A stretch of DNA of 47,989 nucleotides, from the IMG/VR virus record IMGVR_UViG_3300030372_003502, positions 1 through 47,989 of that record; one strand, written 5' to 3'. The notes below the pieces were generated by a model. The model was not told where the DNA came from. It searched no databases and saw only the letters and a program-made list of their open reading frames with translations. A program made the translations under genes and the position numbers. The stretch comes from a virus. Lineage: Duplodnaviria; Caudoviricetes. Below, piece by piece: positions 20,502-28,067 of this stretch. How positions within the stretch are numbered: position 1 is the stretch's first letter; the number at the start of each line of letters is the position of its first letter.

Positions 20502-20641
20502 TAATATTTACCTCCACGCCTTTTATACTCTTTAACTAACCAAGCACTTCCATAGGCAGAAGGCCAAGTTTTAAACTTGCTTTTAGCTAAAGCTTTTACT
20601 TTTGCGTACAATGATTTATTTTTAGGTGTTGGACTAGCCAC
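20501..20641 (-). CDS. Small basic protein (46 aa; DUF5872-like)
   Basis: Not in ORF track; GTG start; LYAKVKALAKSKFKTWPSAYGSAWLVKEYKRRGGKY; TAATG coupled. Confidence 0.75.
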   Translation of the reverse strand: MASPTPKNKSLYAKVKALAKSKFKTWPSAYGSAWLVKEYKRRGGKY

Positions 20642-20783
20642 CGTAAGAAGTTCTCTTTTTCAAACCTTTTTTATTAACACTTTTCATCTTATTAGTGCTT
20701 TTCATCATTTTAGCTTTTGCTTTCTTTGCTGCTGCTTTACCTTTAGGTGTATAAGCATATTTCTTTCCGTTTACTGTAGGCAT
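20634..20783 (-). CDS. Small Lys-rich protein (49 aa)
   Basis: Not in ORF track; MPTVNGKKYAYTPKGKAAAKKAKAK...; TAATG coupled with GAGGAGG RBS. Confidence 0.75.
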   Translation of the reverse strand: MPTVNGKKYAYTPKGKAAAKKAKAKMMKSTNKMKSVNKKGLKKRTSYGG

Positions 20784-21541
20784 TATTCCTCCTCTTTTAT
20801 ACTTGTTCTAGTTGCCATTAATTTTTGCTCTTCTTCTCTAAGCTCATCAATAAGCTTAACAGTAGAAGTAGCCTCTAATGTATCTGTTGTCTTAACAAGA
20901 TGCTTGTCTTTCATACCATGCATATCTTGCAAATTCTCTATTGCTCTCATAAGATTAGTCACATCGCCTTTATTACTAGCCATGGTTATTGTTTTTTCTA
21001 ATAAATCAAGAGTATAGTTTTCGGTTAAACCATGCTCTGAAAGCAATTTACTTAATTCGTCTCTAACCATTCCTTTAAAAACCTCCGTTCTCATGTATCG
21101 TTTAATCCTTCTATCTTCATTAGGACTAACGTCTCCGCATACTCTTGCTATAGTATCATCAGTATCCATAGTCTGTGCATATACCATAGCTAGGTTCTGC
21201 ATTTTCTTTTGTTTAGCTTTGACCTCGATTGGTCTTTTGCCTGTCATCGTAGTATTCGACTTACGTCCTTTTACTTTTAAAGTTCCTCCTCCTCTTCCTG
21301 GATTGTAAAAAGTATATCCCCAGGCAAATCTGAGGTAGACATTATCGATTTTATCAGTTCCTTTATACGATTTTCTTTTAATAACTTTTGATACGAAACC
21401 ATCGTCAGATAATGCCCATTCTCCTTCTCGTGCATCTTTCCAATGACTATATTCAAGTCCTTCTTTATTGGCTTCTTCTTCTGTGTAGATTTCATAGGTT
21501 TTAGCTCCTATGTCTTTGTGTTTTATTGTAATAGTATACAT
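20783..21541 (-). CDS. Putative terminase small subunit / DNA-binding protein
   Basis: 252 aa upstream of terL; C-terminal helical region (MASNKGDVTNLMRAIENLQDMHGM) resembles TerS oligomerisation helices; mainly positional inference. Confidence 0.45.
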   Translation of the reverse strand: MYTITIKHKDIGAKTYEIYTEEEANKEGLEYSHWKDAREGEWALSDDGFVSKVIKRKSYKGTDKIDNVYLRFAWGYTFYNPGRGGGTLKVKGRKSNTTMTGKRPIEVKAKQKKMQNLAMVYAQTMDTDDTIARVCGDVSPNEDRRIKRYMRTEVFKGMVRDELSKLLSEHGLTENYTLDLLEKTITMASNKGDVTNLMRAIENLQDMHGMKDKHLVKTTDTLEATSTVKLIDELREEEQKLMATRTSIKEEE

Positions 21542-21544
21542 TTA

Positions 21545-22123
21545 TTACCTTACAGGTGTATCAAACAATGCTCTTTCTGCATCTCTTCTATTTTGAAGGC
21601 CTTGTACAAACTCTCCGCTTGCCTTATTAAATCCTGTAGGACCAAAAGCTTCTTCTTTAAACATATCTAGGTCTCCACTTTTTAATGCATCAAAAGCTTT
21701 AGTACCTTTTAAATTACCATATCCTACATTATAAAGCAATGACATTATTGATGCTTGTTGGTTTGGATTAAACATTTGACCACTAAAAGCTCCATCTAAA
21801 GCTCTATCTAGTCTTTTATAATCTGTTTCTAATCTTTTTTTAAATTCTGGAGCTATTGTACTAGAAGGATAGTTTTGACCAACAACAATAGGATTGCCAC
21901 CTACTAAGCCTGTTAAACCAGGACCTACAGTTGCTACTCCTGGCCTTACTGGGTCATCATAAGCAATATAGCTATCACTATCTTTATCGTAATATTTGCC
22001 TGTTTGGTCTTCTTCAAAGCTTATAAATTTATGTGCTATATCGTAAGGGTCATGCATAGCCCATTCATTGGTTTGAATTTCATTGACTAATGCATCTTGT
22101 GTAGGTCCTTCATTAAAGAACAT
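21545..22123 (-). CDS. GH24 phage lysozyme (endolysin or virion muramidase)
   Basis: E...AYDD....ATVGPG, NQQASIMSLLYNVG, GLQNRRDAERALF. Confidence 0.9.
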   Translation of the reverse strand: MFFNEGPTQDALVNEIQTNEWAMHDPYDIAHKFISFEEDQTGKYYDKDSDSYIAYDDPVRPGVATVGPGLTGLVGGNPIVVGQNYPSSTIAPEFKKRLETDYKRLDRALDGAFSGQMFNPNQQASIMSLLYNVGYGNLKGTKAFDALKSGDLDMFKEEAFGPTGFNKASGEFVQGLQNRRDAERALFDTPVR

Positions 22124-22125
22124 TT

Positions 22126-22575
22126 TTATCCAGCTCCGCCTCTACTAAGAAAGTCAACGTATTTTCTTAACTCATCAAGCTTTCTAGCGTTTTTCCTTCT
22201 TGTGCCCCTTTTAAACTGTCTAAATGATGTTGGCTTAAAATCTTTGCGTGGAAAGTTATAGCTTCTTTCTGCTGTTCTTTCAAGAGACTGTAACTCTCTT
22301 AGACCTCTGCGAGTTTTCATTCCTCCTGGTGTATTCTTAACACCTTTAGGAAAACCATGACTAGCAGCTTCTTTAACGCTGGCAAGAGCTCTAGCTCTTT
22401 CCATAGGCACACCAGGGGTAGCTGATGTAGCTTTAAATTTTGACAATGGGTTAAGCATATCCCTGCTTAAGTCACTTGTATTTGATTTCTTTAACATCCT
22501 AAGTAATGCTGCGGCTGCTTTTTGACTTTGTTTAGTACCTGCTTGTAATAATCTTGCTATTACTGCTGCTGCCAT
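22126..22575 (-). CDS. Basic hypothetical protein
   Basis: 149 aa Arg/Lys/Ala-rich; TAATG coupled. Confidence 0.7.
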   Translation of the reverse strand: MAAAVIARLLQAGTKQSQKAAAALLRMLKKSNTSDLSRDMLNPLSKFKATSATPGVPMERARALASVKEAASHGFPKGVKNTPGGMKTRRGLRELQSLERTAERSYNFPRKDFKPTSFRQFKRGTRRKNARKLDELRKYVDFLSRGGAG

Positions 22576-23309
22576 TAATATCCTCCGTTATAATCTGACA
22601 TATTTGGGTTGCTATAATCTTCTTCGTACATTTGATTTTCTACACCAGGTATATTTATACTGTTAACCAACTGGTCTAACCTAGTATTAGGTGTATTTGA
22701 CTCAAATGTTTCCATTGTTGTAAAAGGATTAGAAAAAGGTTGCTGTCCTGCAAGCATGCTAAATATGTTTTTAACTCCTTTACCTGGATACCATCTGTCA
22801 GTTTGTATTGTTTGAGCACCAGAGTCATAAATGGGGTTACCTTGTAAGTCAGTATAAGCTGTTTCATCAATAAGAGAAAACTGGTCTCCTCCTGGAACAT
22901 AAGGGTCATCCTGCATTAACTCTGCAGTCTTCATATCTAAACCATAAGCACCACCTGTTAAATCAGGATTTTGCAATCTAGCCATATCTACTGCTTCTTG
23001 AGTAGGTGCTGACGATATACCAGAGTAAAACATGTCACTTGCTCCACCATCTGAATCTTCTATAAAAGAAGAAAGGGTATTAGAGCCAACATTGCTAGCT
23101 GTTTGAGAAGCTAAATCAGTTAATTGTTGATTCATGTCTTGTGGAGCGTCATATTCTGTAGAAACATTGTAAGTATCTCTCTTATCAAGCATATCCATCC
23201 ATCTAGAGATATTTCTAAAAGGATACCACGAGCCTTTTTGAAAGCCACCTTTGTCTAAATCGTATACATCACGCCAATCTTTTTGGACAAATCTATCTCC
23301 CATAGCCAT
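22575..23309 (-). CDS. Acidic low-complexity hypothetical protein
   Basis: 244 aa; TAATG coupled; two WYP motifs. Confidence 0.7.
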   Translation of the reverse strand: MAMGDRFVQKDWRDVYDLDKGGFQKGSWYPFRNISRWMDMLDKRDTYNVSTEYDAPQDMNQQLTDLASQTASNVGSNTLSSFIEDSDGGASDMFYSGISSAPTQEAVDMARLQNPDLTGGAYGLDMKTAELMQDDPYVPGGDQFSLIDETAYTDLQGNPIYDSGAQTIQTDRWYPGKGVKNIFSMLAGQQPFSNPFTTMETFESNTPNTRLDQLVNSINIPGVENQMYEEDYSNPNMSDYNGGY

Positions 23310-23629
23310 TAATACATACCACCACTTAAAGACTGTCCTAATAAACCACCAAGACCTTGTCCTGCACCAGCTATTTCATAGTTTTTATCCATAGCTGGAG
23401 GTGATTGTGGCAACATTCTTTCACCACCCATAAGCATTTTTCTTAACCATGGAGCCATATCTTGACCCATTGGTGAATCCATAAAATCATCCATGTAAGG
23501 ACCATAGGGATTGCTTTGAGTAGCAAATGCACCTCTGTTCATAGTATTTGCACTAGGTCTTGGTACTGGTGTTGGTCCCATATTTAAACTTGATGGTACT
23601 AAATCTTCATATTCTGACATAAAAGCCAT
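23309..23629 (-). CDS. Met/Pro/Gly-rich hypothetical protein
   Basis: 106 aa; AAGGAG RBS. Confidence 0.7.
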   Translation of the reverse strand: MAFMSEYEDLVPSSLNMGPTPVPRPSANTMNRGAFATQSNPYGPYMDDFMDSPMGQDMAPWLRKMLMGGERMLPQSPPAMDKNYEIAGAGQGLGGLLGQSLSGGMY

Positions 23630-23724
23630 TAGCTTCTCCTTTTTTTAGCTCGTTTATAGGCTTTAATAGCCTTGTTAGCCCTCTTTCTATCTTGTTTACG
23701 TTGTTTTGCTTTCTTGTTTGGCAT
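23629..23724 (-). CDS. Protamine-like very basic peptide (31 aa), first gene of late arm
   Basis: Not in ORF track; MPNKKAKQRKQDRKRANKAIKAYKRAKKRRS; TAATG coupled; 9 nt after a -10 box. Confidence 0.7.
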   Translation of the reverse strand: MPNKKAKQRKQDRKRANKAIKAYKRAKKRRS

Positions 23725-23733
23725 ATAGTGCTA

Positions 23734-23761
23734 AATATACAACAATAAAACCAATTTCCAA
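23734..23761 (-). promoter_or_regulatory. sigma70-like promoter TTGGAA-N16-TATATT at head of late arm
   Basis: Same -10 and near-identical -35 to the other late promoters. Confidence 0.6.
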
Positions 23762-23893
23762 AAATTTTTTTCAAAAATATTTTTATGGGGACTATCACTA
23801 AGGGCTTAGTCTAAGGAAAGTGTATGTTTATTTTAGTTGTAACTGTATATACACTGACTACACTAGCCTATAGCCTAGTCTATATAGACTAAG

Positions 23894-23921
23894 AATATAA
23901 TCAAATAAATGAGAAAAACAA
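23894..23921 (-). promoter_or_regulatory. sigma70-like promoter TTGTTT-N16-TATATT
   Basis: TATATT -10, followed by 16-bp palindrome TAGTCTATATAGACTA (23876..23891). Confidence 0.45.
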
Positions 23922-24069
23922 GCACTTTCTTTCCCTAAACTTGTCTCTCGTCGAGAAAAGGAAGAAAAGGAAGATAAGGAAGTATACTTCACCCACAAAA
24001 AGGAAATAAGGAAGTACCTCTCCCCCACTTTCTAAAAAATATAACGAGAATGGGTACACTAGATATACA

Positions 24070-24169
24070 TTAGGTAGTACCGCTTGGTTTTAAGGGCCTA
24101 TGGGGGTTCCCGCTGTTGAAAGCTAGTCTAGGTTATCGTTTGCCCTTAAAACTAAGCTAGACTACCTGA
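24070..24169. repeat. 28-bp imperfect inverted repeat in the divergent control region
   Basis: TTAGGTAGTACCGCTTGGTTTTAAGGGC (24070..24097) vs reverse complement of 24142..24169 TCAGGTAGTCTAGCTTAGTTTTAAGGGC. Confidence 0.85.
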
Positions 24170-24236
24170 TGTCATCCCCCTCGGTCTTGCAGGATTAGTA
24201 TTTGTTTTTTAATTTATAAATAAAAGGAGTTACGAA

Positions 24237-24572
24237 ATGAAAGATGTAATGTTAGAAATGGTAAGCGTAGTTATGGGTTATTGGGATAATAATAAGTCTC
24301 TGAAGAAAACCTTTAAAGATGGTAAAGTTATTGGAGCAACCTTCAGAGATATAAGATATGATGAGTTGATGTCTGATGAAACTTTCCAGACTATGCTTGA
24401 ATCTGCCGAATCTAATGGTATCAGCGTAAACCATAGAAAGCAAGGCGACAGATTCAAAGTCTGGGATAAAGAGCTTAGTAGATTGGTCACAAAGGAAGTA
24501 CAAGCTGACTATATCTACATTGGCGAAGATGTTAGAACAAGCTACGATAAAGCTTCTGATATCTTTGCATAG
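24237..24572 (+). CDS. First early gene, hypothetical protein
   Basis: 111 aa; strong AAAAGGAG RBS; followed by terminator. Confidence 0.85.
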   Translation: MKDVMLEMVSVVMGYWDNNKSLKKTFKDGKVIGATFRDIRYDELMSDETFQTMLESAESNGISVNHRKQGDRFKVWDKELSRLVTKEVQADYIYIGEDVRTSYDKASDIFA

Positions 24573-24580
24573 ATAGCTAT

Positions 24581-24627
24581 GAGATATGGAGTCTAGAGTA
24601 ATATCTAGGCTCTGTATCTCTTTTATT
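24581..24627 (+). terminator. Rho-independent terminator
   Basis: 17-bp stem GAGATATGGAGTCTAGA/TCTAGGCTCTGTATCTC (with GU pairs) + TTTTATT. Confidence 0.75.
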
Positions 24628-24707
24628 AATATATATCATACACATAGGTATATATTGTGTAAAGTTTAAATAAAGCTGTAAATAACAGCAAAGGAATGGT
24701 AGCTAAT

Positions 24708-24848
24708 ATGAGTGAGCCAAAAGTAAAAAAGTATCTAGGTGGATTAGTAGTGACAGTATCTTCTCGTACTAAACCAAAGCAGGTAAGAGAAGTTTTTACA
24801 GTTAATAGTTTCAAGGAAGCTGTTAACTTAGCTATAGCTAGAGCCTAA
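24708..24848 (+). CDS. Small early protein (46 aa)
   Basis: Not in ORF track; MSEPKVKKYLGGLVVTVSS...; TAATG coupled to next gene. Confidence 0.55.
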   Translation: MSEPKVKKYLGGLVVTVSSRTKPKQVREVFTVNSFKEAVNLAIARA

Positions 24849-24991
24849 TGTTTAGGCAACAAGCATTTACACCTGCTTGGAACAAAAGACAATGGGTTGA
24901 TTGGGCTAGCAAACGCTGGCCTGATGAGCCTGTGTCTAAATTCAAGAAGAAAAAGACAAGTGAGCTTATAGCTATGTATCATAAGTTGTAA
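24848..24991 (+). CDS. Small early protein (47 aa)
   Basis: Not in ORF track; MFRQQAFTPAWNKRQWVDWASKRWPDEPVSKFKKKKTSELIAMYHKL. Confidence 0.6.
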   Translation: MFRQQAFTPAWNKRQWVDWASKRWPDEPVSKFKKKKTSELIAMYHKL

Positions 24992-24995
24992 AATT

Positions 24996-25086
24996 AAAGA
25001 GAGAATTATATGTCCAGAGAGACAGAGCATTCACAATAAAAGTGACATACAGGACTCTAGGTGTACACCGTATAGTTCTCTCTTTA
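24996..25086 (+). ncRNA. Candidate structured intergenic RNA
   Basis: Closing stem TAAAGAGAGAATTATA/TATAGTTCTCTCTTTA enclosing small hairpins. Confidence 0.45.
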
Positions 25087-25112
25087 TAACTTTCAATTAA
25101 AATGAGGTAATT

Positions 25113-25229
25113 ATGGGAACAATGATATGCTTATTAGCGTTATTTATAATCTTATGGTTAATAATAAAACCATTCATTCTATTAATTATAGAAAAGGAGA
25201 ACGAAAAGTATGACAAGACTAACAAGTAG
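25113..25229 (+). CDS. Small membrane peptide (38 aa)
   Basis: Not in ORF track; GAGG RBS; MGTMICLLALFIILWLIIKPFILLIIEKENEKYDKTNK. Confidence 0.55.
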   Translation: MGTMICLLALFIILWLIIKPFILLIIEKENEKYDKTNK

Positions 25230-25539
25230 GCAAAAAGAATTATTTCAAGAAGATAAATATGTACTAGTAGATACTATTATTATTCTTGAAGAAAAGCTTA
25301 GAAGACTTAATGAAGAGCTACAATTCTCTAAAAATGAATTATTATTAGAGGGCGAAGCTCACATAAAAGCTCAAGAAGAAATTGATGATAAAGACGTAGA
25401 CTATATTGCTATGAAAGATATAGAAAAACATCTTGATAAAGCATGGGATGGCGAAATTACATCACAAAACTTTGTAGATACAGTAACTAAAATATTCACG
25501 GGGGACTATTATGCCAAAGATAGCGAAAAAAATACCTAA
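25210..25539 (+). CDS. Hypothetical coiled-coil protein
   Basis: 109 aa; AAGGAG RBS. Confidence 0.75.
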   Translation: MTRLTSRQKELFQEDKYVLVDTIIILEEKLRRLNEELQFSKNELLLEGEAHIKAQEEIDDKDVDYIAMKDIEKHLDKAWDGEITSQNFVDTVTKIFTGDYYAKDSEKNT

Positions 25540-25639
25540 AGAAGAAATAGAGAATTGCTATGGTTGTGCAACACAAAGATATACATGTGACCACGACTAT
25601 TATGCATGGGAAGACCTTTATGAGGAGGATTGGGAATGA
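25511..25639 (+). CDS. Small Zn-finger-like protein (42 aa)
   Basis: Not in ORF track; CYGC...CDH; ATGA-coupled to next gene. Confidence 0.5.
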   Translation: MPKIAKKIPKEEIENCYGCATQRYTCDHDYYAWEDLYEEDWE

Positions 25640-25824
25640 AGAGAATAGCAATCAGATATCATATAGAAATAAAAGAAAGCCACATTGACAAAGTATGTAG
25701 AAAAGCACGATGTGGTAAGCGTGACTTAGAAAATGACATAAAACACATGGCTCAAATAGCTGGTAGACACAGGGTTTACGAGTTTATAGAGCCTTTCATA
25801 GAAATAAAACAGGAGAAAAAGTAA
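25636..25824 (+). CDS. Hypothetical protein
   Basis: Start MKRIAIRY at 25636 with GAGGAGG RBS. Confidence 0.65.
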   Translation: MKRIAIRYHIEIKESHIDKVCRKARCGKRDLENDIKHMAQIAGRHRVYEFIEPFIEIKQEKK

Positions 25825-26168
25825 TGCAAGAAACTAAAACACTAATAGCGTCAATCGCAATAACAACAGCAATAATTGTAAGTGTAGTATTTTGGGGTAG
25901 AGATTATAGCAAAGAAGAATCAACAATAGAAGTGCTATCATTTCCTAATCCAGAACAGGTAAAAGAGGAAGTAAAAGAAAAAGTAGAAGCAGTAGAGCAG
26001 GTAATTGAAGAAAAAGCAGAAGAAATCAAGCAAGAAGTAGAAGAGCTTAAGGAATTGCTTCCATCATTACCAACAATAGAGAAAGCAGAAGAGATTCTAA
26101 TCAAAGAAACTCCTGCTGACTCAACTAAGACAAGTGAACCAGAAAACAAAACAGAAGGAGACGAATAG
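25824..26168 (+). CDS. Single-pass membrane protein with Glu/Lys-rich coiled coil
   Basis: N-terminal TM (LIASIAITTAIIVSVVFWG); AGGAG RBS. Confidence 0.8.
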   Translation: MQETKTLIASIAITTAIIVSVVFWGRDYSKEESTIEVLSFPNPEQVKEEVKEKVEAVEQVIEEKAEEIKQEVEELKELLPSLPTIEKAEEILIKETPADSTKTSEPENKTEGDE

Positions 26169-26170
26169 TC

Positions 26171-26416
26171 ATGGCTAATTCAAACCCTGAGATTAACCTC
26201 TCATCATACAAAAACGGTAATATTCTAACAAAATCTTCAGACTACGCAACACTTGGCGATGTATTAACAGCAGAAGGTATTGCAATGACTGAAGCATCTA
26301 TTGACATCTATGATGTTAATGGACAAGACAAACCTGCTAGACCTGGTACAGTACTTGCTCAAGGCGATACTGTGCAAATAGTTAGGAAGTCTAATAAATC
26401 TGGTATTGTAGCATAA
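26171..26416 (+). CDS. Ubiquitin-like (beta-grasp, ThiS/MoaD-type) protein with C-terminal G-IVA extension
   Basis: 81 aa; TLGDVL helix, VNG, LAQGDTVQIV final strand, then KSG-IVA; precedes E2/JAB/E1 genes. Confidence 0.8.
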   Translation: MANSNPEINLSSYKNGNILTKSSDYATLGDVLTAEGIAMTEASIDIYDVNGQDKPARPGTVLAQGDTVQIVRKSNKSGIVA

Positions 26417-26564
26417 CACACTAACTGAGTCCAAGCCAAAGCTACTTAGTAGCAGAGCTAGCACCAACAGTGTAAGTTAAGTGAGCAATTGAAGAAGAGA
26501 GATGTAAGTCCGATGGCTATGCTAGGGGCATTCTCTCTTTTTCATAACGACAAGGAAATACGAA

Positions 26565-28067
26565 ATGGAATATACATTCAAAGACGTAGACACTATAATC
26601 AAAACTGGTAGTATAAAAGGTTATAGCTGTGTAGTAGAAGAGAAGCCATTACCTATTATTCAAGGCGTATTCGAGGACATGAAGAAAGAATACATCAGAG
26701 CTAGAAATTATCAAACTGATGCATATGTAGGAGAATATGGTGAAGAAGAAGGTATGGAAATAATGAATAGTAGGTATCCAAAGCCTGTAAATATAGATGA
26801 ATTAGCAAATCAGGCTAAAATAATAGCAAATAAATATGAAATATGTGGAACAACTCTATTGGGTAGATGCCCAGGTTTTATCGTAAAGATACCAAATGTA
26901 AGAGTGCGTGTTCGGACATATTGCAATTTAGGCGACTATTATTGTTGGATACAAAAGTACGGTATAGATAAGTTTGTCCTTAAAATTTATCAAGCAATGC
27001 CTAACGAGGAAGGTTACCTTATATTTGGTGGGTCAACTTATCCCCACCCTCATATAGCAGGACCAAATCCTTGTTTAGGTAGTTATGATGGTGTTATTAA
27101 GAACGCTGCAGGACACTTTAATATGGTAGGTGTGTTAAGTAATATTAAAACATATCTAAATTCATATTATGGTAGAAGTGTATATCTAAGACATAGTGAG
27201 TTTAGGCCAATTAAGATACGCACATTACCTATAGAGTTATTAAAAGAGTATCCTGCTAATCACCTCAGTTGGAGTGACTATTACAATCAAGCCTTTAGAG
27301 ATAATCCAGAATCACAGCCAAGTACAGATGATGATGCATACATGGAGCTAAATAAGCTTTATAATGAGAAATACACAGATAATATAGAGCGAATAGAACT
27401 AAAACCTCATGAATGCAGCTTTTACAATAGTACATTTGAATGGAATACTGGATTTATGGCTTATCACTCTGAAATAGTTCATAAAGTTAGATTGGTAGAA
27501 CACAAGTTTGATATAGGATATTATCAAGCTTATGCGTTGTTAATGCGTCACGCATTAGGACTAAGCAGTAACTCTATAGCCTTCGATGAAAAGAACTATG
27601 ACTATAAAGTAGCATGGGAAGATATACGAGAAATATGTATAGACGGTGACACTTTAAAGTATAGTATAGGTTATGGAAGAGGAGCTTCGTTAATGCCTGA
27701 TGAAACACTTAGAACTGCAGGAAACTTACAAGATAAAGCGTATAGTATATACAAGCTTCTTTATCCAACAGATGATGAGGCAATGTATAGTATGAGAGAT
27801 ATGCGATGTAATGACTTTTGGAAATATATCGACAAATTTAAAAGTATAGATGAATTTCTTATACCTCAAGACGATTATGATGAGAGAAAAGAAAAGGCTA
27901 TACTTAAGATTGACAAGTTATATCCAGAAGTAATGGCATATAAAGACGCTTTTAGTAGAAAAATATTAATTGCAATTGATAAACAAAAGAGGAGAATCCA
28001 AAATGGACTTAAACATACCAAACCAACTCCAGAATCAAATCAACTATCTTTTGACACGCTTTCCTAG
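26565..28067 (+). CDS. Prokaryotic E2/UBC-like conjugating enzyme with long C-terminal extension
   Basis: HPHIAGPNPCLG matches the E2 HPN/HPH...CL active-site signature, followed by a helix (VGVLSNIKTYLNSY). Confidence 0.7.
   Translation: MEYTFKDVDTIIKTGSIKGYSCVVEEKPLPIIQGVFEDMKKEYIRARNYQTDAYVGEYGEEEGMEIMNSRYPKPVNIDELANQAKIIANKYEICGTTLLGRCPGFIVKIPNVRVRVRTYCNLGDYYCWIQKYGIDKFVLKIYQAMPNEEGYLIFGGSTYPHPHIAGPNPCLGSYDGVIKNAAGHFNMVGVLSNIKTYLNSYYGRSVYLRHSEFRPIKIRTLPIELLKEYPANHLSWSDYYNQAFRDNPESQPSTDDDAYMELNKLYNEKYTDNIERIELKPHECSFYNSTFEWNTGFMAYHSEIVHKVRLVEHKFDIGYYQAYALLMRHALGLSSNSIAFDEKNYDYKVAWEDIREICIDGDTLKYSIGYGRGASLMPDETLRTAGNLQDKAYSIYKLLYPTDDEAMYSMRDMRCNDFWKYIDKFKSIDEFLIPQDDYDERKEKAILKIDKLYPEVMAYKDAFSRKILIAIDKQKRRIQNGLKHTKPTPESNQLSFDTLS

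Noticed and set aside
23607-23798. 63-aa minus-strand ORF from the track
   Set aside because: Spans the promoter; the 31-aa basic ORF in another frame has TAATG coupling and is preferred
23800-24236. CRISPR array or tRNA in the large non-coding region
   Set aside because: No regularly spaced repeats and no cloverleaf/T-loop consensus seen
24915-24960. CTGATGAG resembling a hammerhead ribozyme core
   Set aside because: No stem II closing to a GAAA; lies within a plausible 47-aa ORF
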